From Mobula hypostoma (lineage: Eukaryota), in contig NC_086097.1 of assembly GCF_963921235.1 (NCBI RefSeq), forward strand, positions 23,686,001 to 23,750,000: a stretch of DNA of 64,000 nucleotides. Reading direction: 5' to 3'. Below are positions 24,641 through 37,037 of this stretch, in pieces. The translations under genes were made by a program, and so were the position numbers. The notes under the pieces were generated by a model that worked only from the letters and a program-made list of their open reading frames with translations, ran no database searches and had not been told where the DNA came from. Numbering within the stretch: position 1 is the stretch's first letter; the number at the start of each line of letters is the position of its first letter.

Positions 24641-24777
24641 CGTTTTGATAGGTTTTATTGTGTGCCTCAAAAGAATTAAGTAAATTGATTTATTATCACA
24701 TGTACTGAGGTACAGTGAAGAACTTGCCCTGCATACAGTGCTTACAGATCATTTAGTCGCAGCAGTGCATTGAGGAG

Positions 24778-25405
24778 GTGGTTATCCATCATGTCTGGTG
24801 ATGAAAAGAAACCTACGCAGGAGAGTTTTTAAAAGTCGAAAATCCGTTGCACTGGGACGGTTCCACTCTCTCAACCTCAGAAGTCAGGCCCCAGTGGGAG
24901 AATAAGCATCACAAACTTCATTGGTTGCATTGGATGACCATGATGTCTTCTGTGCCTTCTCATGTTCTTTGCTCTCCACAGAGCGCTGCAGAACATAATG
25001 GAAAACAACCTTCCTTCTATGGGCACTGTTACACTTCTCGCTGCCTTGGAAGAGGAACTAGCATAATCAAAGACTCCACCCACCCCCAACATTCTCTCTT
25101 AAACCTCCCTCCCCCCACCCCCCACTGATATAAAAGCCTTCCTGGGTCTCACTGTAGATCTCATCTGCCCAGTTGCCTAGAAATGACTCTGCATGCTGGG
25201 ACAGGCATGTCTCTATCTCACCGGGGTCTGAGACCCACCGGCTATCCTAGCCTGCCTGCTGAAGCGGTGTAACAAGGTGTGGCCACTGTCGCTTGCAAAT
25301 GGCTACTTGGAGCCACAGGTGGGGACCAAAGGTGAATGAGCCGCCCCAGAATAGACATGACAAGCCCCTTCACCGGAGGTGCTGCCCCTCCCTGGACACT
25401 CCATC
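24778..25405 (-). mobile_element. RTE-related non-autonomous element (another family), with an inserted Rex fragment at ~24990-25125
   Basis: Collinear with 35945-36460; minus 5' gtgtccagggaggggcagcacctccggtgaaggggcttgtc, 3' catcaccagacatgatggataacc. Confidence 0.6.
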
Positions 25406-26569
25406 CACCCTGCATTGAGGTAGTACAAGGTAAAATAATAGAATGCTATGTTGTCTTTACAGTGCAGGTAGACAAATAAAGAGCAAAGCCATGATGAAGC
25501 AGAGTGTGAGGTCAAGAGACAAACTGATTATCTCAGGAGACTCTTCAATAAATTTATAAAAGCAGATTAGAATTGTCCTTGGGCCTAGTGGTATGTGCTT
25601 CCAGGTTTTTATATCTTCTGCCCAGAGGGAGGGGGGTTTCAAAGAAAATGTTGGGGGTGGGTGGAGCCTTTCGTTATGCTAGTTCCTCTTCCAAGGCAGT
25701 GAGAAGTGTAGACAGTGTCCATGGAAGGGAGGTTTTTTTCCCGTTATGTGCTGAACGGGGTCTACAACCCTCAGGATTGAACAGGCGGTGAAGTTGACAG
25801 ATGTCGGTCGAGAGCAACTGAAGGCACTACCTCCAACAGTGAAGGAATTAAATTCAGGACTGAGCAGGAGCACTGGATTACAAAATTCCTTTTCGATTAC
25901 ATTGCATTTTATGCTATTTTCTAGAATGACTGCATAGAAAAAGGCTGTGCAGGAATGAAAAGGTAACACGTATTATAGTACTTGCAAAGAGCACAATGCT
26001 TCTTCCTCTCTGAAATGCTGTACAATTTTTTTGATCAGTGTCTATGTAGGTCAGAGTCAGTTAACAACACGTATTAGGATTGTGTGTCAAGGACTCTAAC
26101 GAGGTTGTTCCTTAGCAACAGTGTTCAAGCTGTCTCCACCTGACAATCGAATACCTCCATTTCTGTTTTTTCTCTGGCCATGAAGTTCAGTGATCAAATT
26201 AGCCTTCTTTCTCAGTGTGCACTCTTCTGCTTGCCTGGCTTGTCATTGCCAGACTTGTGCCCTATCTTATTTATCAACCGGGCCAGGCTGATTATGCCTT
26301 AATGCTATTCCAATAGCATTGGCATTAAACATTAGAGTGGACAACAGTAAAAATAACATGCATGTCTTTGTAGAAACTTTGCCTACTTCCTTTGTCACTG
26401 TGAAGCAGCCTTTTGCTTGTGCAAACTGCATTCTATATCCTTCATCCATCCAGATTAAGCCTCATCCATTAGGAATGGATCAAGCTTTGCAAAATTGCAG
26501 CTATGATGTATCCTTTGCAGTTCCACATTATGGTCCACAGCATCCCCACCTACCCCCTTGACGTTACTC

Positions 26570-26950
26570 AACATTTTAAGAATGGTTTCTTCTCCTCCAC
26601 CACGGATTTCTGAATGGTCCATGACCCCATGAACAGTATCTCATTATTTTGTTCTCTTTCTACACTAGCTATTTGCACATATGTATATATATAATAAGAA
26701 TTCATATATTTTATGTATAGCACTTTCAAGAACTCTATAAAATTTGTTCTTATCTTTTGCACATTGGGTGTTTGACAGTCTTCATTTTTTAATGGGTTAG
26801 ATTGTTTTGTTTTGCAGCTGCCTGTAAGGAGACAAATCTAAAGGTTGGATATTGTATGCATACTCTGATAATAAATGTACTTTGAACTTCGTACTGCTGC
26901 TGCAAAACAACAAATTTCACGTCGTATGTCAGTGATAATAAACCTGATTC
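26570..26950 (+). mobile_element. Rex1-type 3' UTR fragments (two tails)
   Basis: gataataaatgtactttgaac and cagtgataataaacctgattc tails. Confidence 0.65.
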
Positions 26951-27049
26951 AGGATTGTTCTCATCATGGAAAGGAACAGCAAACACAAAATTATCTAATC
27001 CATTGTTCTGGGCGACAGCTACCGGAAGTTTATCTTCTTGAAGGCTTCA

Positions 27050-27580
27050 TATAGCTAAAAATTCCTCCTCATCTCCCTACTAAATGGATGTCTCTCTCAT
27101 CTGAAGCAGTGCCCTCTAGTCCTAGATTCCCCCACCATAGGAAACATCCTGTCCACATCCTGTCTATTCCTTTCAGCATTCAATAGGTTTCAATCAGATC
27201 CCAGCTCATTTTTCTAAATTCCAGCAAGCGAAGGCCCAGAGCAATCAATCATACGATAAGCCTTTCATTCTCTAAATCATTCACCACTGTCCTCTACCAT
27301 TAGATTCCTTCTTCTTCAACCCTTTACCTTTTCCACCTATCCCTTCCCAGCTTCTTACTCATCTGCCTTACTCCACCAATCCAGCGTAACCTTCATCTGC
27401 TCTAACCTATCATCTATCATCTTGTATTCCTTCCCCTCTCTCCACCTTCTTATTCTGGCTTCTGTCCTCTTCCATTCCAGTCCTGATGAAGAGTCTCATC
27501 TCAAAATGTTGACTCTTTACTCTCCTCCATAGATTCTGCCAGACTTGCTGAGTTAATCCAGCATTTTATGTGTTTTGCAC
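27050..27580. mobile_element. CR1 fragment (-, ~27050-27285) abutting a Penelope 3' region (+, ~27285-27580) with a degenerate hammerhead
   Basis: cagtcCTGATGAagagtctcatctcaaaatgttgact at 27478-27514. Confidence 0.7.
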
Positions 27581-27917
27581 AACTTTCTTTGGTTGTATCA
27601 GATTTAAACTTTTATAATTATTGCTTTCATAACAGTTTCTTTAAGTCCAGCCATTATGTAAATCAAAAAGAGTATAATCAATCTGTTCAAGGAGAGTGCA
27701 GCACAGGAACGAGTCCTTCTGCCTACAATGCCTGTGTCAATCCAGGCAAATTCCCTCTGTTTGCACATGTTCTTTGTCCCCCTGTTCTCTGCCTGTCCAT
27801 GTTTAAGTATCTCATTTGTGCTTCCATCACTTCCCTTGACAGTGTGTTCCTGGCACTTACCAGTCTCACATATATTAGTGTCTTAAATTTAAATCAAAGA
27901 CAGTTGCAAAACTCTAT

Positions 27918-28525
27918 CGTAAGACATAGGAGCAGAACTAGGCCAATCAGCCCATCGAGTCTGTTCTGCCATTCCACCATGGCGGCTGGTTTATTATCCC
28001 TCTCAACCCCATTCTCCTATCCTCACCTCCTAACCTTTGATGTCCTGACTAATCAAGAACCTATCACCCTCCACTTCAAATATACCCAAGGACATGGCCT
28101 CCACACTGTCTGTTGAAATGAATAAAGAAATATTTCCTCTGGATGAATAAATTTCTCCTCATCTCTGTTCTAAAGGAACAGCCTGTGTCCTTCGGTTCCT
28201 CCACTGTTGGAGACAGTCTCTTCATGTCCTCTCTATCTAGGTCTTTCAATATTCAGTAGGTTTCAATGAGATCCTCCCTCAGTCTTCTAAACTCCAGTGA
28301 GTACAGGTTCAGAACCATCAAACACTGCTTATGCATTAACTCTTTCATTCCTGGGATCACTCTTATGAACCTCCTCTGGACTTTCTCCAATACTATTATA
28401 TTGTTTCTTAGATACTGCCCAAAACTGCTCACAGTACTTCAAATATGGTCTGACCAATTGTCTTGTAAAACTTTAGTCCTATATTCTAGTCTTCTTGAAG
28501 TGAATGCTACCATTGCATTTGCTTT
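27918..28525 (-). mobile_element. CR1 LINE 3' fragment
   Basis: taagacataggagcagaactaggcc...tttcaatgagatcctccctc. Confidence 0.88.
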
Positions 28526-28634
28526 CGAGGAAGGTGAACAAAACCTCAGAGCAGGGAATTGGAACAAGTTTTTTTTTACTCCTGACAGGGATGGGAAATA
28601 AAGTTTTCATTAAAAAGTTATTTGCAATCGAAGT

Positions 28635-28915
28635 GTCAGCTTCGGCTCAGTAGGAAGCATTCTCACTTGTGAGTCAGAGGTTTGTGAGTACAATTCCCAC
28701 TCCACACTCTTGAGCTAACACTTCACTGCAGTAGTGAGAGACTGTTTTACACAGTGAGAGATCTCATCTTTTCCGAAAAGATAGCAATCCAATTATTAGT
28801 GATACAATATATTTCAAAGAAAAATGACGAGTTTCTTGGCATCCTGGCTATTCCTCAATCAATAAGCAATAAAAAGACAGATTCTCTGGCCACTGCGATA
28901 TTGCTGTTTGCAAGA
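28635..28915 (+). mobile_element. Ancient tRNA-Deu SINE (SacSINE1-like)
   Basis: gtcagcttcggctcagtaggaagcattctcacttgtgagtcaga head; Deu-like body ending acagattctctggcc...attgctgtttg. Confidence 0.6.
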
Positions 28916-29069
28916 GCAACAAGCATGATGAAGGGTCTCAGCCCTAAATATCGACAGTTTATTCCTCTCCATAAATGCTGCTACACTTGTTGATTTCCTT
29001 CAGCATTTTGTTCAAGGTTTTCAGCATCTGCAGAATGTCTTGTGCTTATAGTTTGCAGGCATTTGCTGA

Positions 29070-29752
29070 CTTAACCTCCAGGTTGAGTCGGTAGTGAAGG
29101 AGGTGAATGCAATGTTGGCATTCATTTCTAGAGGAATAGAGTATAGGAGCAGGGATGTGATGTTGAGGCTCTATAAGGTGCTGGTGAGACCTCACTTGGA
29201 GTACTGGGCAGTTCTGGGCTCCTTATTTAAGAAAGGATGTGCTGACGTTGGAGAGGGTACAGAGAAGATCACTAGAATGATTCCAGGAATGAGAGGGTTA
29301 ACATATGAGGAACATTTGTCCGCTCTTGGACTGTATTCCTTGGAGTTTAGAAGAATGAGGGGAGACCTCATAGAAACATTTTGAATGTTGAAAGGCATGG
29401 ACAGAGTGGATGTAGCAAAGTTGCTTCCCATGATGGGGGAGTCTAGTACAAGAGGGCATGACTTAAGGATTGAAGGGCACCCATTCAGAACAGAAATGCA
29501 AAGAAATTTTTTTAGTCAGAGGGTGGTGAATCTATGGAATTTGTTGCCACGGGCAGCAGTGGAGGTTGGATGTAATTAAGGCAGAGATTGATAGGTATCT
29601 GAGTAGCCAGGGCATCAAAGGTTATGGTGAGAAGGCAGGGGAGTGGGACTAAATGGGAGAATGGATCAGCTCATGATAAAATGGCAGAACAGACTCGATG
29701 GGCCGAATGGCCGACTTCTGCTGCTTTGTCTTATGGACTTATGGTCTTATGG
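29070..29752 (+). mobile_element. Young 5'-truncated CR1 LINE
   Basis: NAMLAFISRGIEYRSRDVMLRLYKVLVRPHLEY...LYSLEFRRMRGDLIETF; tail (CTTATGG)n. Confidence 0.95.
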
Positions 29753-30234
29753 CATTTGTTGCTTGCAGTGGTTCAGTGTTGTGACAATGACTTAACTTCA
29801 TAAGTAGCTCATTGGCCATTCTTCATGATCAATCTGCTGGTATCAAGGATATCTTCATTCTGTTCCGGAGCAACACACACAAAATGCTGGAGGAACACAG
29901 CAGGTCAGGCAGTATCTATGAAGAAGAGCAAACAATCAAGATTTCCAGCCAAGACTCTGGTTTGTGTGATCTGAGTGGACTGTCAAAACACAGAGAGGTA
30001 GGAGGGTGGGTAGTTTGCTGTATCTGGAGGTCTCTGCTGATTGTATAAATGGGCTCAGGATTCTCAATACCTCCTAAGATAAAGATAAAGATTAGCTCCC
30101 TCTCCATTTGGAATGGCAATGAACAGGGGTTTCAAAAGTTTCGAGCAGAACCTTAAATCTGCTTAAAGCACCTGGGTCTATTAGATCTTAAAACACACAT
30201 TAAAAGATTTTTTCTCATATTTCGTTGTATTACA

Positions 30235-30950
30235 AAATTCAAAGTTCAGAGTACATTTATAGTATGTGTATTATAAACAACCTTAAGATTTGTCTCCTTA
30301 CAGGCATCCGATTGAACTTATGTAATAAAGGACCATCAAACACCCGATGTACAGACAAAAAACAAATCGTGCAAAAATAAAAGTAAGCAACTAACATTCA
30401 GAACTGAAGTTCACAAAAGTGAGTCCACAGCCACAAAGCCGGTCATCACTACAGCTGATTCAAGAATCTGTTAGTTGCAGGCCGCAGCCTCGTAGAGCAG
30501 CGAGCTGAACCAGCCCATCCCTCACCTCTGGCTCCGACACGCTGATCTTTTCAATCTGCCCCACCACAGAAATTATCCAGACCTTGGGTTGCTCCTTGCT
30601 CTCAGTCCCAGGCCCCGCCAGCTCGATTAGGCCATACCAACCATTCTAATTCCTCCTGGCGCTTAAATTGATCAAACCTCGAGTTTTGTCTCACTCACGA
30701 GCCCAGGCGCCACCGCTTCAACTCTGCCTCACCTCCGCTCACATTGCCTCGGTCCTGCCGCATCAAATCGCCTCCAAATCCGCTCCAGCAATGGCCTCGG
30801 GCTGGGCCCTGCCACCTCGGTTCGGCACATACATGCCACACCGCAACCGTCCTGTCCCTCCGAGACATTTGTTCACACTACAAAAATCCCAGGTTGTACA
30901 CGTGGTTCGAAAGCTCAACTCCGAAAGGGAGATAACAGGCTATTGATTGC
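30235..30950 (-). mobile_element. Non-coding element with GC-rich head and Rex-type (TTTGAAC) tail
   Basis: ttcaaagttcagagtacatttat tail on +; GC/CpG-rich 30480-30920 without a recognisable ORF. Confidence 0.55.
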
Positions 30951-31004
30951 AATGATGGTTTACCAGAAAGTGTGATTAATCAAATAGTTAGAAGTTTTGT
31001 TTTT

Positions 31005-31146
31005 AAAAACGCAAACAACAGGAATTCTGCAGATGCTGGAAATTCAAGCAACACACATCAAAGTTGCTGGTGAACGCAGCAGGCCAGGCAGAATCTCTAG
31101 GAAGAGGTGCAGTCGACGTTTCAGGCTGAGACCCTTCGTCAGGACT
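31005..31146 (-). mobile_element. Young Penelope terminal repeat
   Basis: aggaattctgcagatgctggaaattcaagcaacacacatcaaagttgctggtgaacgcagcaggccaggcag, ending in the hammerhead. Confidence 0.85.
31111..31146 (-). ncRNA. Minimal type I hammerhead ribozyme motif (Penelope-associated)
   Basis: Minus strand AGUC-CUGACGA-AGGGUCUCAGCCU-GAAA-CG-UC-GACU: stem I AGUC/GACU, CUGANGA and GAAA core, GUC cleavage triplet, loop-less stem III. Confidence 0.75.
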
Positions 31147-31339
31147 TTCGTCAGAAGTTTTGTTTGTTTGTAGTCGCTGTGCTTCGCTAGTGCCACTTTA
31201 AACTAAAAGCTTAGTTCATGGAATTTAGTTTCTTTGGAATTACATAGCTTCACCTCTTTGGCTTTATGAGGGTAAGATGGGAGACATTCTGAGAGAAACC
31301 TTTGGCTCATTTGTCCATTTCTTTAACCTCTTAACTTTA

Positions 31340-31757
31340 TCTTAAGCTTTTCAGTTTGGACTGAAGGGGGATGAGAGCTGACCTGATAAAGGTGATATGA
31401 TTATAAGAGGCATTGTCAGAATGGACAATCAGCATTTTGCCCAGGGCAGAAATGACTAATACAATAGGGCATAACTTTCTGGTGTTTGGAGGAATGTATC
31501 GTGGGAAGGGGAATATCAGAGGTAGGCATTTTACTCAGAGACTGGTGGGTGCATGGAACACATTGCCCCTGGTGTTGGTAGAGGCATATATATTGATGAC
31601 ATTTAAGAGACTCTTAGATAGGCACATGGATGATAGAAAAATGGAGGGCTATGTGGGAGGGGAGCATGAGGTTGCTCTTGGAGGAGGTTAAAGGGTCAAC
31701 ACATTGTGAGCCGAAGGGTCTGTACCATGCTACACTGCTCCAGGTTCCATGTTCTAT
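31340..31757 (+). mobile_element. CR1 LINE 3' end
   Basis: FTQRLVGAWNTLP...TFKRLLDRHMD. Confidence 0.85.
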
Positions 31758-31999
31758 CCTAAGTAAGGAATGTAGGGAGGACTTTAGATCCCCAGGACCG
31801 GTTTCCAAATCAAATTGCCAACATTTGTATTCCTAGAAATTCCTTCACATCTGTTTCTTGCATCTAACAACTCTGCCCCACACTCCCATTATTGGACCAG
31901 CAAACAAAGGTATCATCATAGCGTAGAAGCAATCAGAAAATTCATCGATTCCTCATGACATGATTGGATAATTCTGGACTCACTCTGTTTTTATTTATA

Positions 32000-32559
32000 C
32001 ACTCAATGGTCATTTTATTAGGTATTTCCTGTGCCTAATAAAGTGGCCACTGAGTATATGTTTGTGGTCTTCTGCTGCTGTAGCCCATCCACTTCGAGGT
32101 CTGACATGTTGTGCATTCAGAGATGCTCTTTTGCATGGTGCTGTTGGAATACGTGGCTTTTGAGTTACTGTGGCCTTCTAGTCAGCTTGAACCATTCTGG
32201 CTATTCTCCTCTGACCTCTCTCATTAACAAGGCATTTTCACGCACGGAATTGCCACTCACTATTTTTTTTCTTGTTCTTTGCACTATTCCCTGTAAACTT
32301 TAGAGACAGTTGTGCATGAGAATTCCAGGCGATCAGCAGTTTCTGAGGTACTTAAACCACCCCATCAGGCACCCATCAGTCATTCCATAGTCAAAGTCAT
32401 TCAGATCACATTTCTTCCCCATTCTGATGTTTGGTCCAAACCCTTTGGCCGTGTCTGCAAAGCTTTTATGCATAGAGTTACTGAAGCATGATTGGGTGCT
32501 TAGCTACTTGCATTAATGAGCAATTGTACTGGTGTACCTAATAAAGTGGCCACTGAATG
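32000..32559. mobile_element. Tc1/mariner-type MITE
   Basis: TA|CACTCAATGGTCATTTTATTAGGTA...TACCTAATAAAGTGGCCACTGAATG; collinear with 36501-37037. Confidence 0.85.
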
Positions 32560-33454
32560 TGTATGACCAATTATCACAAATGCTTCAAGGAAGCTTTCTC
32601 AGGCACAATTTTTTAATGTGCCAATTATATTTTTCTCTTTCTCTTTTTTTTTTGCTCAGCATTGTCTGAGAAGTTAGTCATCAGTTCCTGGATACAGGGA
32701 GTAATCACTGAGCACTGACAAACTTATTCAAAGCATTTGAGTTCAGACTCCATGTATAATTATATGCTTCAAGACAACCCAGGTCAATGGATTCTTCAAA
32801 GAGCTTGGAATGGAACAAATTATAACATTAAAACATTCACAAGATATAAAGATCACTGAAAAAGAATGTAATACAATGTATTTCCTAGATAATGTATTTA
32901 TCTCAATTTAATAAATTTGAGGAGGTATATTCATTACGTAACTCATTGCTTGCAGGGTTTATATCAAAAATTCAATATGTAATCAGCTTTTTTATCACAA
33001 ACCCAATATTACTTGAGGAAGCTCTTCATAAAATTGATATATTTAAGGATCATTCATCACACTGGCTGAAAATGTCACAGGAGATTATGGGATCAGAGGA
33101 GTTGAAATGGATACACTCAGAAAAAATAAACTGTTTTGTGTATTAAAGCCATAGGCAACCGTACTTAAGGTTCAGGCTATTTAAAATCACCGGATACAGC
33201 TTGTTTCCCAGTCTCACGTTTGGAATCAAATCATGGGTTTGCCATTGCCAAAGTTTCTGAATTCTGGATGTCATCACCCGTTGTGTGATCACTCACCCTC
33301 CTCTGAAGCACTGATACTGTTCAAGAAGGCAGCTCACCCCTCACTGTCAAACAAAATGTGCTGGAATTGCTCATAATCCAAATATCCTGAGATATTCCTG
33401 AGGACCCCAAGAAAGAGCTGGTTATCTGCAAAGCCCTCGCCTCCACTGAGTTAT

Positions 33455-34415
33455 AAAACCATAAGATATAGGAGCGGAATTAGGCCATTTGGCCCATCGA
33501 GTTTGCTCTGCCATTTCATCACGGCTGATCCAATTTTCCTCTCAGCCCCTCCATTTTTGAGGCTGTCCCCTCAAGCCATTCAATCCTGGAATCATTGTGT
33601 AGACCTCCTTCAAACCCTCACCAGTTTCAGCACATCCTTTCTATGATAAGGGACCCAAAACTGCTCACAATACTGCAAGTGAGGCCTCACCTGTTCTTTA
33701 TAAAGTCTCAACATTACACCCTGGCTTTTATATTCTAGTCCTCTTGAAATGAATGCTAATATTGCATTTGCCTTTCTGACCACAGACTCAACCTGTAAAT
33801 TAATGTTTGGGGAATCCTGTACAAGGACTCCCAAATCCCTTTGTGCCTCAGTTTTCTCTCCATTTAGAAAATGGTGAATACTTTCATTTCTTCTACCAAA
33901 GTGCATGACCATACATTTCCCGACACTATTCCACCTGCCATTTCTCTGCCCATTCTCCTAATTTGTCCGTCCTTCTGTAGCCTCTCTGCTTCTTCTAAAC
34001 GACCTGCCTTCCACCTGTCTTCATATCATCTGCAAACCTTTCCCACAAAGTCGTCACTTCCACCATCCAAATCATTGACATGTAACGTAACAAGTATCAG
34101 TCCCAACACAGACCCCGGTGGAACACCACAGCCAGCCAGAAAAGGCTCTCTTTGTTCCCACTATTTTCCACCTGCCAATCAGCCACTGCTTTACCCATGC
34201 TAGAATCTCCTAGGGGCTCTCCATGGGCTCATTACTTATCAAGCAGCCTCGTGTGTGCCAGCTTGACAAAGGCCATCTGAAAATCTAAGTACACAACATC
34301 AACCAGTTCTCCTTTGTCTATCCTGCTTGTTATTTCTTCAAAGAATTCCAATAGATTTGTCAGGCAGGATTTTCCCTTGCTGACTATGGCCTATTTTATC
34401 ACGCGCCTCCAAGTA
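33455..34415 (-). mobile_element. CR1 LINE RT/3' fragment
   Basis: VMHFGRRN...QRDLGVLVQDS...KANAILAFISRGLEYKS...RPHLQYCEQFWVP. Confidence 0.92.
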
Positions 34416-34912
34416 CCATGCCTCCCCACCATACCAGACAGTGACACAGCCTGTCAGAATGCTCTCCATGGTGCATCCGTAGTTTTCTAATGTCTTAGGT
34501 GACAAACCAAATCCCTTCAAACTCCTAATGAAACATAGCTACTGTCTTGCCTTCCTTACAGCTGCATCGATCTGTTGGGACCAGATTAGATCCCCAGAGA
34601 TCTTGACACCCCGGAACTTGAAATTGCTCACTCTCTCCACTTCTGATCCCTCGATGAGGATTGGTTCATGTTCCCCCGTCCTACCCTTTTCTGAAGTCCA
34701 CAATCAGCTCTTTGGTCTTACTGACATTGAGTGTAAGGTTGTTGCTGCGACACCACTCCACTAGCTGGTATATCTCACTCCTGTACGTCCTCTCATCTCC
34801 ATCTGAGATTCTACCTACAATCGGCAAACTTATAGATGGCATTTGAGCTATACTAGCTACATAGTTGTAGGTACAGAGGGAGTAGAGCAGTGGACTAAGC
34901 ACTTATCCCTGG
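34415..34912 (-). mobile_element. Rex1/Babar RT fragment
   Basis: LSPLLYSLCT...YRSEIYQLVEWCRSNNLTLNVSKTKELIVDFRKG. Confidence 0.9.
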
Positions 34913-35944
34913 TCATTGTATCGATGTACAATGTTTGAATGTACATGTGACAGATAAAGCTAATCTTTAACCAGCCATGTGCAGACGGCTTGGACCTCAA
35001 TGTATGTCATAGAGTCATAGAGCACTACAGCACAAAAACAGGTCCTTCAGCTGCACCAGACTAATATTCCACCTAGTCTCATCAACAAGCACTTGGATCA
35101 TAGACCTCCATAACCCCTCGTACCAATTCCGACATCTCATCTGAAAAGCTGCACTAGGATGTCAGTGTCAAGTTCAAATTTGCACCCAAATCTCCTGGGC
35201 GCCGATTGACCGGATAATCCTCTGACAGGGTAGCTGAGTTTGCTACCCCACGGAGCCACAATCGAATGGACTTTCTCACCTTGCAATGATCATCTTACCA
35301 GGAGGGTTTGAAACTCTCCCTTTGACAGATCGTCACTCTGTGCCGTGATGAAGTAACAGACATGTATCAAGGGAAGTTAAACATTCCAGAGCAATGAGAA
35401 TGAAGCACTATTTACTTTTGATCGAAACATTTTGCACAAAAGCCTTCAAAGTACAATTATCACAACAGGGCCCTGAATTGCAATTTGAAAAAAAGAGACC
35501 ACATATTGCAGATACCAGAACAATCAAATGAATTGTGAAAATAAAACACTTATTAAAAATAATGACTCTCCCATATTCAATCATGGTAAAATGAAGAGAG
35601 AAATAAGAAATCATTTAAGGTCATATATACTGTAGTTTTTGTTCAAGAGTCCTAGATGTTTAACTCTAATAAACTATATTGTTTATATAGCGCATATATC
35701 AGCATCATTTATTGATGAGATGTGACAGCTGTGTCAAATAAATATTTCATGCAAATGGAAAATGGGGCTGTGCAGTCTGTGACCAAGCAGAGGAGCTTTG
35801 CATTTAGTTCATTGTCAATCTTCCACTTTTCTCTCAGAAGGAAGTAAACACTTAAATGTTCATTTGCAAAACATAGGCCTGATTTACATTACCCTCGCTC
35901 TGGGTTTCTTTCAGATGAAACAGGATAAGAGCATTTTGAATGTT

Positions 35945-36460
35945 GCTGGTTGCCCATCATGTCCGACGGTGACAGGAAACCTATGCAGGAGAGTCTTTAA
36001 TGGTGGAAAAGCCATTGCACTGGGGTATTTCTAGTCTCTCTCAGCCTCAGAAGGCCAGGTCCAGTGGTATGTACAAGTGTCACAAAATAGGGTCGTCTTG
36101 GTTGCAGTGGATGACCATGACGTCTTCTGTGCCTTGTCATGCTCTTCACCCTCCATGGAGTGTTGCAGTATCACCTTCCTAGCCATGGAATCTTAATGTA
36201 GGTCTCATCCGGCCAGTCCACTAGGGCTGACTTCACAGCCACGTTACCATTTCACTGGGATATAAGGTTGCCAGCTACCCTCAGCTGGTGTAGTCTGCCT
36301 GTCAAAGTGGTGTACTGGGGTGTGGCAGCTGTTGCAGACAAACAGCTACTTGGAGCCACATGTGACAGCTGGGTGTCCAGTGGGGTCCAAAGGTGAGTGA
36401 GCTGTCCCAGAATGGACACCACAAGCCCCTTCACCAGAGGTGGTGCCCCTCCCTGTACAC
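35945..36460 (-). mobile_element. RTE-related non-autonomous element (family of 24778-25405)
   Basis: Shared gctacttggagccaca and acaagccccttcacc.gaggtg.tgcccctccctg. Confidence 0.6.
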
Positions 36461-36500
36461 CATATACATGCCAAATCTTGAATATGGTGCAAGGAAGATA

Positions 36501-37037
36501 CACTCAGTGGCCACTTTATTAGGTTCAGGAGTGGAACCTGGTGTGGTCTTCTGCTGAATCCCATCCACTTCAAAGTCTGCCGTGCTGTGTGTATGGAGAT
36601 GCTCGTCAGCATGCCTCTGTTGTAATGTGTGGTTACTTGAGTAGCTGTTGTCTTCCTAGCAGTCTGATCATTCTCCTCTCACCTCTCTCATTAACAAGGT
36701 GTTTTCACCTACAAAACTGCTGCTCACTGGATTTCTTTTGTTTTTCACACCATCTTTTGAAAACTCTAGAGACTTCTGTGTGTGAAAATTCCAGAAGATC
36801 AACAGTTTCTAAGATACTCAAACCACCCCAGATGGCACCAACAATCATTCCACAGTCACAATCACCGAGATCACATTTCTACCCCATTCTGATGCTTGGT
36901 CTGAACAACAACGGAACCTTTTGACCATGTCTACATCCTTTTATGCATTGAATTGGTGCCACATGATTGGCTGATTAGATATTTGCATTAATGGTCAGGT
37001 ATACAGGCAGTGTACCTAACAAAGTGGCCACTGAGTG
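36501..37037. mobile_element. Tc1/mariner-type MITE
   Basis: TA|CACTCAGTGGCCACTTTATTAGG...CCTAACAAAGTGGCCACTGAGTG TIRs. Confidence 0.88.

Noticed and set aside
27568..28116. 182-aa ORF
   Set aside because: Spans Penelope, CR1 and antisense CR1 UTR fragments; no coherent domain
30480..30920. CpG-island promoter
   Set aside because: The GC-rich stretch is continuous with a Rex-tailed repeat and is better explained as the element body
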